In this document: positions 40,884 through 50,192 of the stretch, piece after piece | Layout: each line of letters starts with the position of its first letter | How positions within the stretch are numbered: the first letter of the stretch is position 1 | Assembly (NCBI GenBank): GCA_038861545.1 | Contig: JAWCCZ010000001.1 | Location: 416,001-480,000 of the forward strand | Source: Thermofilaceae archaeon | Lineage (GTDB): Archaea; Thermoproteota; Thermoprotei; Thermofilales; Thermofilaceae | DNA: 64,000 bases | Direction of reading: 5' to 3' | Translations under genes and position numbers: made by a program | Notes under the pieces: generated by a model | What the model saw: the letters and a program-made list of their open reading frames with translations, nothing else | Database searches by the model: none | What the model was told of the DNA's origin: nothing

Positions 40884-42539
40884 CTAAGGCTCGTAAGCTC
40901 GTGAGATGTACTCACTTAAGGCTCTGCTGGTGTTAAAGTAGGAGCCGATTCTAGCTGCCGCGTACGTAGAGGTTAACATATACCTACTTTTATTCGTAGA
41001 GTACAGGTCCAAGATCCCACGTAGTTTTGCGTAGAAATCCTTCAAGTCGGCTCTCTCATCAAAGGGTTCGTCGGGCGACATAGCGTCTTTCCCGAAAAGC
41101 CAGCCGTTTTGTCCATCGGCTATACCCTCAAGAACTCCTCCGTCATGCGAAGCTAGCGTAGGTGTCAGGTTCAAAGCGGCTCGCATCCAACTTGTACCAC
41201 AAGCTTCGAAAGGTGGTCGGGGGGTATGCAGCCACAGATCTGAACCGGCTGCCAGCAGCTTCTCCAGCTTAGCTCCTCGCTTACCGGAAAAAGCTATCCG
41301 CACGTGGACTAAAGTTGATATCGCATCAAGTATCGTCCTAAGTTCCTCGCGTCCTCCAAGATCCTTGGGATGAACAGTGCCACTGAATATTAACTGAAGA
41401 TTATATTTTTTCCCCAGTGTTTCCAGTAGCTCTTGGTCGCGTAGGATAAGCGTAACACGCTTGTAGCCAGTTATCCTGCGCCTAAGGGAAGCGATAAATG
41501 AGCTTGAATCAAACACTTTGTTTAGATGGGCACGGCTGTTAACGTAATCGACTAGCTCCACCTTGCACAAAGCTTTAATCTCTTCAACTTCTTTGAGCGG
41601 TATAGACGCGGCATAAACTAGCCGAGAGGGGTCATTTCTCCATCCGTTTAACCATTTATCGTATAATTTCGCTACTCTATCATGCACCCATCGAAGATGG
41701 TGAACACCATTTGTAATATAATCAGGGGTGGATCCTGGAAAGAGGATCTCGTGAACTTTACTGAACTTGTAAGATACGCAGTTATAGTACCCGGATAAGA
41801 ATTCCAGCACTCTGGTCATCTTCAAGGCCTCAGGGCTTACAGCCTTTACTTCTGCAGGTACTTCATAATATTCTTCCACTAATCCATAGTCGAACTGCTC
41901 ATGCCCATAAGGTAGAGGGGTATGAGTAGTGAAAACTACTTTTGATCGAACCTCATCAAGGTTCTTGTACTTTTTTAGAAGTTCGAGCGCTAGAAAGCCA
42001 GCGTGGGATTCATTCAAGTGAAATTTCTTAGCAGATAAACCTAGTTTCTTTACAAGCTCCAACGCTCCCAAACCTAAGATCAATTCTTTAATTAGCCTTT
42101 CCTCATCGCGATTCTCGATGTAAACCCTTGAAGTTATTTCCCTAAGATTTTTGGAGTTCTCCGGCGTATTTGAGTCAAGCATGTATACGGGGACTTCACT
42201 TTTTAAACCTTTAATCCAGTGGCGCCAAACGTTTAGGTAGATGGGCCCTGACCGGAGGTTAAGCTCGAGCTTTAAACTCAGTTTCTCGTGATGATCAAGC
42301 GGATCGTAGGGCTCGTCGTAATCAAAGACTTTCCCCTCTTTAACTTCATGCTGAATGTACCCTCTATCATGCAACAACGTTACGCAAACCATCGGGTAAC
42401 CTATATCCGCAGCCGAGAGTAATATATCTCCTGTTAGGAAACCCAAGCCGCCCGCGTACGTTGGAAGCCCCTCCAAATATACTTCCATCGCTACCAGGAT
42501 TACCGCATCCCGAAGTTTTTCGGCAAATAGCTTCATCAA
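40884..42539 (-). CDS. glgP: alpha-glucan (glycogen/maltodextrin) phosphorylase, GT35
   Basis: YAGGLG.L.GD, HLNESH, FTTHTP, TNGVH, RR...YKR, EACGTS motifs. Confidence 0.9.
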   Translation of the reverse strand: MMKLFAEKLRDAVILVAMEVYLEGLPTYAGGLGFLTGDILLSAADIGYPMVCVTLLHDRGYIQHEVKEGKVFDYDEPYDPLDHHEKLSLKLELNLRSGPIYLNVWRHWIKGLKSEVPVYMLDSNTPENSKNLREITSRVYIENRDEERLIKELILGLGALELVKKLGLSAKKFHLNESHAGFLALELLKKYKNLDEVRSKVVFTTHTPLPYGHEQFDYGLVEEYYEVPAEVKAVSPEALKMTRVLEFLSGYYNCVSYKFSKVHEILFPGSTPDYITNGVHHLRWVHDRVAKLYDKWLNGWRNDPSRLVYAASIPLKEVEEIKALCKVELVDYVNSRAHLNKVFDSSSFIASLRRRITGYKRVTLILRDQELLETLGKKYNLQLIFSGTVHPKDLGGREELRTILDAISTLVHVRIAFSGKRGAKLEKLLAAGSDLWLHTPRPPFEACGTSWMRAALNLTPTLASHDGGVLEGIADGQNGWLFGKDAMSPDEPFDERADLKDFYAKLRGILDLYSTNKSRYMLTSTYAAARIGSYFNTSRALSEYISRAYEP

Positions 42540-42615
42540 AAGTTACCGCCTCTCCTTTATACTCTTCGTAAAAAACTTTGACTAGTCTGCTGTCGGATCT
42601 CAGAAACATGTTACG

Positions 42616-42628
42616 AAAAATTTAAATA
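42616..42628 (+). promoter_or_regulatory. BRE/TATA box upstream of a structured element
   Basis: AAAAA-TTTAAATA ending about 22 nt before GGGTAGCCG. Confidence 0.45.
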
Positions 42629-42650
42629 TTGATATAGGTCCTAATACATA

Positions 42651-42823
42651 GGGTAGCCGGGACCTAAACTGGATATCAGGATCATTGAACAGAAACAGTA
42701 TCGAATCAGGATAGCTGCGATGTTAGGTTACGGTTATCTTGTACGTTGCTGGCCGCGACTTCAAAGTTCTATGCGGCCGGCTCTTAAATCCCGCGCGGGA
42801 GTGGGGGGAACCTCGGCTACCCC
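42651..42823 (+). ncRNA. candidate structured non-coding RNA (unknown family)
   Basis: 11-bp terminal helix GGGUAGCCGGG/CUCGGCUACCC plus internal GC-rich hairpins, in an intergenic gap. Confidence 0.45.
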
Positions 42824-42860
42824 GATATGTTTTAAAGTATAACTGGAAGATAAGTTAAGT

Positions 42861-43082
42861 ATGTTATCTACAGGTTTTATCGGGCTGCTTCTCAGCGCGC
42901 TCATAGCGTTAGCGCTAATCGCTATAGGTGTTCTGATTATAGTGTTCGTGATTAAGGCTATTATACTTCTCATACCTGCTGGCTTAGTAGCGCTAATTGT
43001 ATGGCTGCTGACGAGCGATGCTAAACTCACAGCTATTGCTTTTTTAGTAGTTGCGTTGGTATGCCTTCTTAAACGCTTGTAA
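42861..43082 (+). CDS. small hydrophobic membrane protein
   Basis: 73 aa, almost entirely hydrophobic; TTTAAAGTA about 25 nt upstream. Confidence 0.7.
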   Translation: MLSTGFIGLLLSALIALALIAIGVLIIVFVIKAIILLIPAGLVALIVWLLTSDAKLTAIAFLVVALVCLLKRL

Positions 43083-43146
43083 AGAAAAGATTGAAACCAT
43101 GCTGGTTAACCGTAGAGTTTAAACGGAAGCACAAGGCGGGTGCGGT

Positions 43147-43953
43147 GTGATAATTCGCCTTAGCAGCTTAAACTACCGAGTATGGCGGCAGCTTACAAAT
43201 TTATACTCGACACATAGACTAGCACCACACTGCTACCTTATTTATGATCTCCTTTATGAACCTGAGAATACGGATTTAATTCTCAGCCTGGAGGGGGGGC
43301 GGGTTAAGTCGTACGCACTTGTATGGAAAGGAGAGCAGAAAAACTATAGTATCCATTTCTGGAGAATTGACAGCGAGCTGCTCTCAAGTTTCACTCTCAA
43401 GCCAGCTCGAACAGCGTTGATTCAACTTTATGAAATAGAGGAAAATTATATAGAAAAAGTAGTGGAGAGGCTGAGCGAGCTAGGCTTCAATTATGCAGAG
43501 GTAAAGAGTTGCTACGACATGGTGTGCGACGAGCAAAGCTTCAAGCCTTACGACATAGGCCAACAAGTGAGAAGGCTAATGGTAAACGACGCCGAGCTAT
43601 TCGTAGAGTTAAATAAATCGAGAGGCGTGAACATCGGCTTAGAAGAAGCAAAAAAATATCTCACTAAGTTTAGGTACTACGGCTTACTAGTTAACGGTAC
43701 TCTAGCTTCAATCGCCTCAAGGTATCTAACCCTGCGTGATGTACACATTATAGGCGATGTCTACACTAAACCTGAATACAGAGGAAGAGGATACGCGAAA
43801 GCAGTTACATCAGAGGTAACTAGGGAAGCAGTATCCTCCGGCGCCACTGCTCTTCTCCACGTTGAGAAGAACAACGAAGCCGCTATCAAAGTATACAAAA
43901 GCTTGGGATTCAAAATAATTTCAGAAAGACCTTGGATTAACGCTGAATCTTAA
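43147..43953 (+). CDS. GNAT family acetyltransferase (FR47-like)
   Basis: VYTKPEYRGRGYA and N..AI..Y.SLGF. Confidence 0.9.
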   Translation: MIIRLSSLNYRVWRQLTNLYSTHRLAPHCYLIYDLLYEPENTDLILSLEGGRVKSYALVWKGEQKNYSIHFWRIDSELLSSFTLKPARTALIQLYEIEENYIEKVVERLSELGFNYAEVKSCYDMVCDEQSFKPYDIGQQVRRLMVNDAELFVELNKSRGVNIGLEEAKKYLTKFRYYGLLVNGTLASIASRYLTLRDVHIIGDVYTKPEYRGRGYAKAVTSEVTREAVSSGATALLHVEKNNEAAIKVYKSLGFKIISERPWINAES

Positions 43954-44170
43954 ATTTTATTTTAATTAAAAGATTTCAATTTACATATTTGCTTCTTGGT
44001 TTTCAATAGTTTCATATCTTAAATGAGAAATTGAAAGAATTTTTTATAATGGTTTATTCTTAGATCGTCAACATACTCTTGTAGCACAAGTATATGTAAA
44101 ACAACGTGTTAACTTAACATGGTTTACAGAGTAAAATAACATTTATTTAAGATAAAACAATCCAATATGT

Positions 44171-47100
44171 GTGCCAAAGCCGCGCAGATTTCTGGAAGTA
44201 GTTTTAATTTCACTTATTGTGCTAAGCTTTTTCTTTATCCCTCAATACTTCAGAGAAAGGTGGTATGGACCTGTGGCACCAAGTTATACTCCTACTGTTG
44301 GCTTTTTCGAGATTAACGGTCAACCAGTGTTTATCTTTAGCGGGGAAATGCACTACTTTCGAATCCCCCGAGATCTATGGTACGATCGGCTTCTCAAAGC
44401 TAGGCGAGCTGGCTTAAATACTGTAGCCAGCTACATTGCATGGAACTGGCACGAACCAAGAGAAGGGCTCAAGCTATTCGGTGAGGAAAGTGTCGATGGT
44501 TTTTATGAATCTGATGCCTTTAGCAGGGACTTAGATAGCTATATCCAGACAGCATCTAGCTTGGGTCTTTACTTTATCGCTAGGCCTGGACCCTATATTT
44601 GTTCTGAATGGGATAGCGGCGGTCATCCAAACTGGCTTTACACGAAGAACCCGGTCTTAAGGTCTTTAGATCCCACCTACATGGCATATACAGAGGGTTG
44701 GTACAGTACAATTATTCCCCTTGTCGAGAAATACTCGGTAACGAAAGGTGGACCTGTTCTCATGGTGCAAGTAGAGAACGAATACTTTTGGGGCGATGCC
44801 AACTACATAGTAAAACTATACGAGGTGGCAAAAAGGTATACTGAGGATCTTCCCATAGTAACTAACGAGGATTGGCACGTTGAGAGTACTCCGGTTATCA
44901 ACACCATCGACGATTATCCCTCTCCTTGGGATATTGCTGGTTTCGACGGTAAGGTTCGAAGCTATGTGCGAACTCAACCTGGGATGCCGAAGATGCATAT
45001 GGAGCTTGAAGGAGGCTGGTTTTCAACCTTCGGTGCTCCGCTGCCCACGAATAGGGGGAGTTTTCCCGCCGCTTGGACTGAAACCCTTGTGAAGACTTCA
45101 ATTGGACTTGGCGTTAACGCAGTAAACATGTACATGTTTCACGGTGGGACTAATCCGGGATACTACACGGGCAAGTATATTACTACCACATATGATTACG
45201 AGGCGGCGATTAGCGAGTGGGGCTACCTACGTGACAGATATTACGCGTTAAAGCGTGTAGCGATGTTTACTCGAACGTTTAATGATCTCTTAGTTGCCAC
45301 GAAACCGGCTGAAGGGCTAGTACAGGTTTCAGAAAGCGGCATAGACATATTCCCAAGAGTTAGTGATGGAGGTGGAGCTTTAGCGGTACTCAGAAACCTC
45401 GGCGACCAACCCCGTTCCGTGCGGTTAAAGTACCACGACGAGGTTTACCCCTACACAGGCTCCATTCATATTCCCGCAAAAAACGCTAAGACGGTGATTT
45501 TGAACTACACTATTCCGGGAACGCCTTTCAAAATAACCTATACAGCATCAGAACCTTTATTGAAGCTGGTTAACGGTGCGAATGTGTTACTGGTAGTCTA
45601 TGGTGATCCGGGAGAAGTCGGAGGGCTGGCAGTAGAGGCTGAAAATCAGCTTTCAGTTGAGTACACCAGCGGCGTGAATGTCGAGCGGAGAGGGAAAGCC
45701 GCTATAGTAACCTGCACTCATGGCAGTTCTGACGGAGTAGTCGTTTTTAGCTCAAGTGGCTTTACTTTAACTATTATTGCAACCTCAAGGGAAAGAGCTG
45801 AGAGAACATGGTTAATAGATGAATTCAGCGAACCCTATCTGCTTATCTCTAATTTATACTTCGTTGGTACAGCTTCTAAAGCTGGGGGCAAGCTTCGGCT
45901 AGAGCTGGAGCTCGATGAGCGCAGCGCTGGCACGGTTCTTCTCTATAGCCCTCACCCACCGCAAAGCCTTATGATTGATGGGCATGAGGTACCCCTCTTC
46001 CAAGTTTACGGAAACTTGTACAGGTTTGAGGTTGAAGTACCGAGCCGCCATTCACCGTCAGTAGAGGAGAAAGGCTGGATAACAAGATTAGAGAAGGAGT
46101 ACAGGGCAGGTACCGCGGTTACGGCTGGAATGCCGCTGGAGTTTGCTGGTATCCTTGATAACGGTTATGTTACGTATTCTATTGAGTTCAGCGTTAGCGA
46201 AGAGGAGCTCTCAAAGGATTGCAGCCTCTACTTAAGCTATTTTAATGACTTTGCCACTGTTTTACTTAACGGTATACCTCTGGCGTCAGCTTACCACAGC
46301 ATAGAGGTGGACGTCTCGAGAGCGCTTAAACCCGGCTCTAACGAGCTGCGCGTAATCCTTGAATCAATTGGACACCCTAACGACGGGCAAGTCTATGTCC
46401 CGAATGGAATCGTGGGAGGCGTTTACTTGGGCAAGCTTCACGAGGAGGAGCTTAAAGGGTGGTTACGTATCGGTTTCTCAATTCCCTATGGTAAAGAATT
46501 CAGCCTTACACAGTTCCTATATAAACCGGAACTCCTTGAGAACATATTAAATGATCCGAACTTAGAGCAAAAAGCCGAAAAGGTAGATTTGATAGATGGA
46601 GGGGGATTATACGTTAAAAAGCTGCAAATTGAGAGAAAGGAAGGGCGCTATATCCTAGTATTTACTACACGAGCGTTGCTTTTCGTGAATAAGCACTATT
46701 TAGGTGTTTACTTAGGTCCAGTGGATTTGACAGAGTACTTGAAAGAGGGGGAGAACGAAATTGCTATCGCAGCTGAATGGTTACCCCGAGGTAATCCTCT
46801 GTTCAAAGTTTACAGCTTGAAGATAGAAGGCGAATGGAGAGTAGCTCCTGGCACAACGGGCTTAGCGGATGGATGGTACAAAGTAGGGCTTGATGAGAGT
46901 CTTTGGAGTGCCACTGATCCCCCACTTGAGGTAAGAGACTTCGAAGGTCGCATAATATGGCTTCGGTGCAGGTTTAGGATAGAGCCGGGGCAGGATGTAA
47001 GCGCGCCGTTGAAGTTGAAGGTTAACGCTCGAGGTGTTAGGATGCTTCTCTACTTTAACGGGCAGTTCCTTGGGAGATTCGTGAGTGAGGGTCCGCAAAC

Positions 47101-47254
47101 CGATTTTTACATTCCGGAGTCACTCGTTAAATCTGGCGATAACTTAGTGGCCATCATGATGCATGTCGTAAGCAGTTATGCTCGAATCGAGTTCATCGGT
47201 ATTGAACCGTACTACGTTCATCCAATATCGATGGTCGAGTTATCTCCCGGCTGA
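44171..47254 (+). CDS. GH35 beta-galactosidase-like glycosidase, membrane-anchored
   Basis: SGEMHYFR, WNWHEP, RPGPYIC.EW, QVENEY acid/base, ME..GGWF nucleophile, YMFHGGTN, TTYDY. Confidence 0.93.
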   Translation: MPKPRRFLEVVLISLIVLSFFFIPQYFRERWYGPVAPSYTPTVGFFEINGQPVFIFSGEMHYFRIPRDLWYDRLLKARRAGLNTVASYIAWNWHEPREGLKLFGEESVDGFYESDAFSRDLDSYIQTASSLGLYFIARPGPYICSEWDSGGHPNWLYTKNPVLRSLDPTYMAYTEGWYSTIIPLVEKYSVTKGGPVLMVQVENEYFWGDANYIVKLYEVAKRYTEDLPIVTNEDWHVESTPVINTIDDYPSPWDIAGFDGKVRSYVRTQPGMPKMHMELEGGWFSTFGAPLPTNRGSFPAAWTETLVKTSIGLGVNAVNMYMFHGGTNPGYYTGKYITTTYDYEAAISEWGYLRDRYYALKRVAMFTRTFNDLLVATKPAEGLVQVSESGIDIFPRVSDGGGALAVLRNLGDQPRSVRLKYHDEVYPYTGSIHIPAKNAKTVILNYTIPGTPFKITYTASEPLLKLVNGANVLLVVYGDPGEVGGLAVEAENQLSVEYTSGVNVERRGKAAIVTCTHGSSDGVVVFSSSGFTLTIIATSRERAERTWLIDEFSEPYLLISNLYFVGTASKAGGKLRLELELDERSAGTVLLYSPHPPQSLMIDGHEVPLFQVYGNLYRFEVEVPSRHSPSVEEKGWITRLEKEYRAGTAVTAGMPLEFAGILDNGYVTYSIEFSVSEEELSKDCSLYLSYFNDFATVLLNGIPLASAYHSIEVDVSRALKPGSNELRVILESIGHPNDGQVYVPNGIVGGVYLGKLHEEELKGWLRIGFSIPYGKEFSLTQFLYKPELLENILNDPNLEQKAEKVDLIDGGGLYVKKLQIERKEGRYILVFTTRALLFVNKHYLGVYLGPVDLTEYLKEGENEIAIAAEWLPRGNPLFKVYSLKIEGEWRVAPGTTGLADGWYKVGLDESLWSATDPPLEVRDFEGRIIWLRCRFRIEPGQDVSAPLKLKVNARGVRMLLYFNGQFLGRFVSEGPQTDFYIPESLVKSGDNLVAIMMHVVSSYARIEFIGIEPYYVHPISMVELSPG

Positions 47255-47319
47255 GCTCAATAGTATGATTTTTTAAAAATATAATAATACTTAAAAATAG
47301 GTTTTCTTTAACCTAGTTT

Positions 47320-47841
47320 ATGGATCTTAAAGCCTCAGATATAACCGCGATAGCTATTAGTGCCGCGTTCTGGTCCATACTGAACGCTATCTTAGCACCG
47401 ATATTCTGGCAGTTAACCCGTTTACCGATTTTATGCGATTTTCTGGCTAGTATATCGCTAATTTTAGCAACGTGGTGGGTTAGAAAGCCGGGTACCGCAA
47501 CTCTAGTGGGGTTTCTTGCCACAGTTCTCAACTTTATCCTCAGGCCTGGTGCTATGCACTTCCTTGGTTTCACTGTAGCCAGCGTAGTCCTCGATGTGCT
47601 CCTATGGATACTAGGTTACAGTAGATGTTTCTCGCGAACCTACAGGTCTGCACTAGTTGTAGCCGCTGGTACAGTATCCACATGGGTAGCGGGTCTAATA
47701 ATAGGTGCATTCTTCATGCCTGGTGTTTCACTTCTATATTTCTCCACTCTACATGCCCTTGGAGGCTTTATAGGAGCAGTAATCGCTGTACTCCTAGTAA
47801 AAGCAGTAGAGAAAAGAGGCATCAAACCCCTTCGAGCATAA
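47320..47841 (+). CDS. ECF transporter S-component-like membrane protein
   Basis: 173 aa, about 6 TM helices, RKPG.A motif. Confidence 0.7.
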   Translation: MDLKASDITAIAISAAFWSILNAILAPIFWQLTRLPILCDFLASISLILATWWVRKPGTATLVGFLATVLNFILRPGAMHFLGFTVASVVLDVLLWILGYSRCFSRTYRSALVVAAGTVSTWVAGLIIGAFFMPGVSLLYFSTLHALGGFIGAVIAVLLVKAVEKRGIKPLRA

Positions 47842-47894
47842 GGAATCTATTGTTTTCACCTTACAATCTTTTCAGTTACCTTAACTTTGAGGAG

Positions 47895-47975
47895 GGGGAC
47901 CACCGGATAGGCTGGGCTCCCCGGAGACCTGCTCTTTGGGTGAGCCACGAGCCTTCAATAGGTCCGGTGGTCCCC
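47895..47975 (+). other. long GC-rich intergenic hairpin (ncRNA, MITE remnant or 3' RNA structure)
   Basis: Perfect 13-bp inverted repeat GGGGACCACCGGA/TCCGGTGGTCCCC enclosing further stems. Confidence 0.6.
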
Positions 47976-48116
47976 AGTAAACCGAAGTTTGGGGGTAGAT
48001 AGGTTTATCGTGTTTCTAAAATTTAGATATTCCAATGTAAGTTGCATCCTACTGCAGCACTGGCATGCTTTTCCGAACCGCTACGATTAAAAACTTATGA
48101 TAAAATTTCCACAGAG

Positions 48117-49337
48117 ATGTCCGAACGGACTGCAGTACTCTGCGTGCTATGCAGAGGCGCAAAGGCCCTCTGCGGCAAAAATATATGTCCAGTCTATGCT
48201 TTCTGGAATGCGGTAGAAAGCGTAAGAGCTCCAAAGGGGGTTCTAGTGAATGGTTCTTCCCCTCCTTCAGTATTCGTTGGAAGAGTAGGTTACCCCAAAG
48301 TTCGCGTTTCCCCTGCGGTCCCCCCTTTCACAGGCGATACCAGGGTATACGATGAGCCGGAGAAGTGGCTAGGCTTAGGTTTAAACGAGATCCTTAACAT
48401 GAGGTTAAGTCTTGTCCGCGGTGTAGTAGAGGTTAACGCTCAGAAATCGCAGAGCATTGAAGAGCTTCAACTTTTAGCGATTTCGTCTAGACCTGTTGAA
48501 GTCGAGCTTAGGTTCGCAAAGCCTCCAAAGCCTACAGTGAAACTGGACATATTTGTTCCACCTATGGGCCCATCCGGTCCGGTAGAAGGGTTAAGGCTTT
48601 TAGAGGATCCTAAGCCGCTACACCCCCTTGAAAAAGTATACTATGACTCAGACCTTAAGGCGAGAAACGCCATAATTTATTTATATAATAGCGGAGTGCC
48701 AGTCTCTACAATACAGAAAGCTTTATCTGTAGGAGCCCTCGGTACAGGTTTCCTTCGAAAACTTGTACCAACCCGCTGGTCGATAACTGCTGTCGATGAC
48801 ATAGTATCCAAGAGTTTAATCGATAAAGTAAAGGGATTAAAGTACCTTGACAGCTACCTGTTTTTCGAAAGAAGGTACTTGGACAATACATTCGTAGCGA
48901 TAATTGCACCCGGAGCTTGGAGCTACGAATGGATAGAAGCCTGGTTTCCCCATACTACATGGAACCCGGGTAAAATCGTTGAAGTTGAAGAGGACTGGGA
49001 GGGTTACCATGGTCGGGAAACTTATGCCTTGCTTGGAGGCTGCTACTACGCCGCTCGCCTAGCGGCTGCAGAGTACATGCTGAAGGAGGGAATTCAGGGT
49101 ATGGTTGTATTGATCAGGGAAATATACGAGGGTTTCTTCTTGCCAATAGGCGTCTGGTTTGTACGGGAGAACGTGCGTGCGCTGTTCAGGGGGGTGCCGG
49201 AGCGCTACGATACGCTAAACGAAGTACTTCAGAGGCTGGGGGGGTCCACTCGTCTTCCGCTCAGCATATGGTTGAAGAAATCTGCTTTGTTAAAAACTCT
49301 TATACGCCAGGAGAGGCTGGAATCATGGCTGAAGTAG
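48117..49337 (+). CDS. nreA: Nre family DNA repair protein
   Basis: C..C.G...LCG..CP, GSSPPSVFVG..GYP, LVPTRWSITAVD, P.GVW.VRE; C-terminal PIP box QERLESWL. Confidence 0.92.
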   Translation: MSERTAVLCVLCRGAKALCGKNICPVYAFWNAVESVRAPKGVLVNGSSPPSVFVGRVGYPKVRVSPAVPPFTGDTRVYDEPEKWLGLGLNEILNMRLSLVRGVVEVNAQKSQSIEELQLLAISSRPVEVELRFAKPPKPTVKLDIFVPPMGPSGPVEGLRLLEDPKPLHPLEKVYYDSDLKARNAIIYLYNSGVPVSTIQKALSVGALGTGFLRKLVPTRWSITAVDDIVSKSLIDKVKGLKYLDSYLFFERRYLDNTFVAIIAPGAWSYEWIEAWFPHTTWNPGKIVEVEEDWEGYHGRETYALLGGCYYAARLAAAEYMLKEGIQGMVVLIREIYEGFFLPIGVWFVRENVRALFRGVPERYDTLNEVLQRLGGSTRLPLSIWLKKSALLKTLIRQERLESWLK

Positions 49338-50164
49338 AGGTTAAGCGGATTAAAGTTAGCGGCGCTCTATCCAGGTCCGGTCTCTACGACCTGGATTATA
49401 CTTACAATCCGTATGCTGGTTGTTCTCATAACTGCCTGTACTGTTACGCTCGCTTCTACACACCTTTCCGTGAGGTTTCAGAGAACTGGGGGCGTGTGAT
49501 TTACGTGAAAAGCAATGCTTTGGAAGCTCTATCGAGGGATGTTAAACGCTATAAACGGGGAGTCGTAGGGGTTTCGACGATTACCGATCCCTACCAACCA
49601 ATTGAAGCTAGCGAAAAGCTGACGCGAAAGGGACTCGAAGTCTTCTTCAGGGAGGGATTTAGGGTTAGCATTCAGACAAAGTCGCCAATGGTGCTCAGGG
49701 ATCTGGATTTGTTATCCCAGAACAGGCGTCTCGTAGACGCTGGGTTAACAGTCACAACACTTGATCAAAGCTTAGCGAGGCTAATCGAGCCGCAGGCACC
49801 ACCTCCTTTCGAGAGAGTAAGGGCTCTGAAAACCCTCTCGGAGAACGGGGTTGAAACCTGGGTTTTCCTCGGCCCGATCATTAGAGGCGTTAACGACTCC
49901 GAGCTTAATATAAGACAGATAACCGAGGTTGCGCTTGAGACGGGATCCAGGCTTATCTACGACTACTTTAGGTTTAAGCCGGGCATGGAAAAGCAAATGT
50001 CTTTGCTTGCGGCAAAGTACCCTGGGTGCATTAGCGCGCCACCATCATGGCGAAACCTCGTTAGGGATAAGATTGAGAAAATATGTAATGAACTTGGCGT
50101 TGTATGCGAACCCGCATTTCCGGGAAGAAAAACCACTCCTATTAGGTTAACCGACTTCTACTAG
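49325..50164 (+). CDS. SPL (spore photoproduct lyase)-family radical SAM protein
   Basis: NPY.GCSHNCLYCYA, TDPYQP.E, TKS...RD.D, IEP.A; overlaps the nreA stop. Confidence 0.9.
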   Translation: MAEVEVKRIKVSGALSRSGLYDLDYTYNPYAGCSHNCLYCYARFYTPFREVSENWGRVIYVKSNALEALSRDVKRYKRGVVGVSTITDPYQPIEASEKLTRKGLEVFFREGFRVSIQTKSPMVLRDLDLLSQNRRLVDAGLTVTTLDQSLARLIEPQAPPPFERVRALKTLSENGVETWVFLGPIIRGVNDSELNIRQITEVALETGSRLIYDYFRFKPGMEKQMSLLAAKYPGCISAPPSWRNLVRDKIEKICNELGVVCEPAFPGRKTTPIRLTDFY

Positions 50165-50192
50165 TTAATAAACAAAAAGGTAAATGCCCTGT

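Noticed and set aside
42651-42823. tRNA (intron-containing or permuted), RNase P, SRP or tmRNA identity for the structured element
   Set aside because: No GTTCRA T-loop, D-loop or CCA end, no RNase P P4 motifs and no SRP helix-8 motif recognisable by eye
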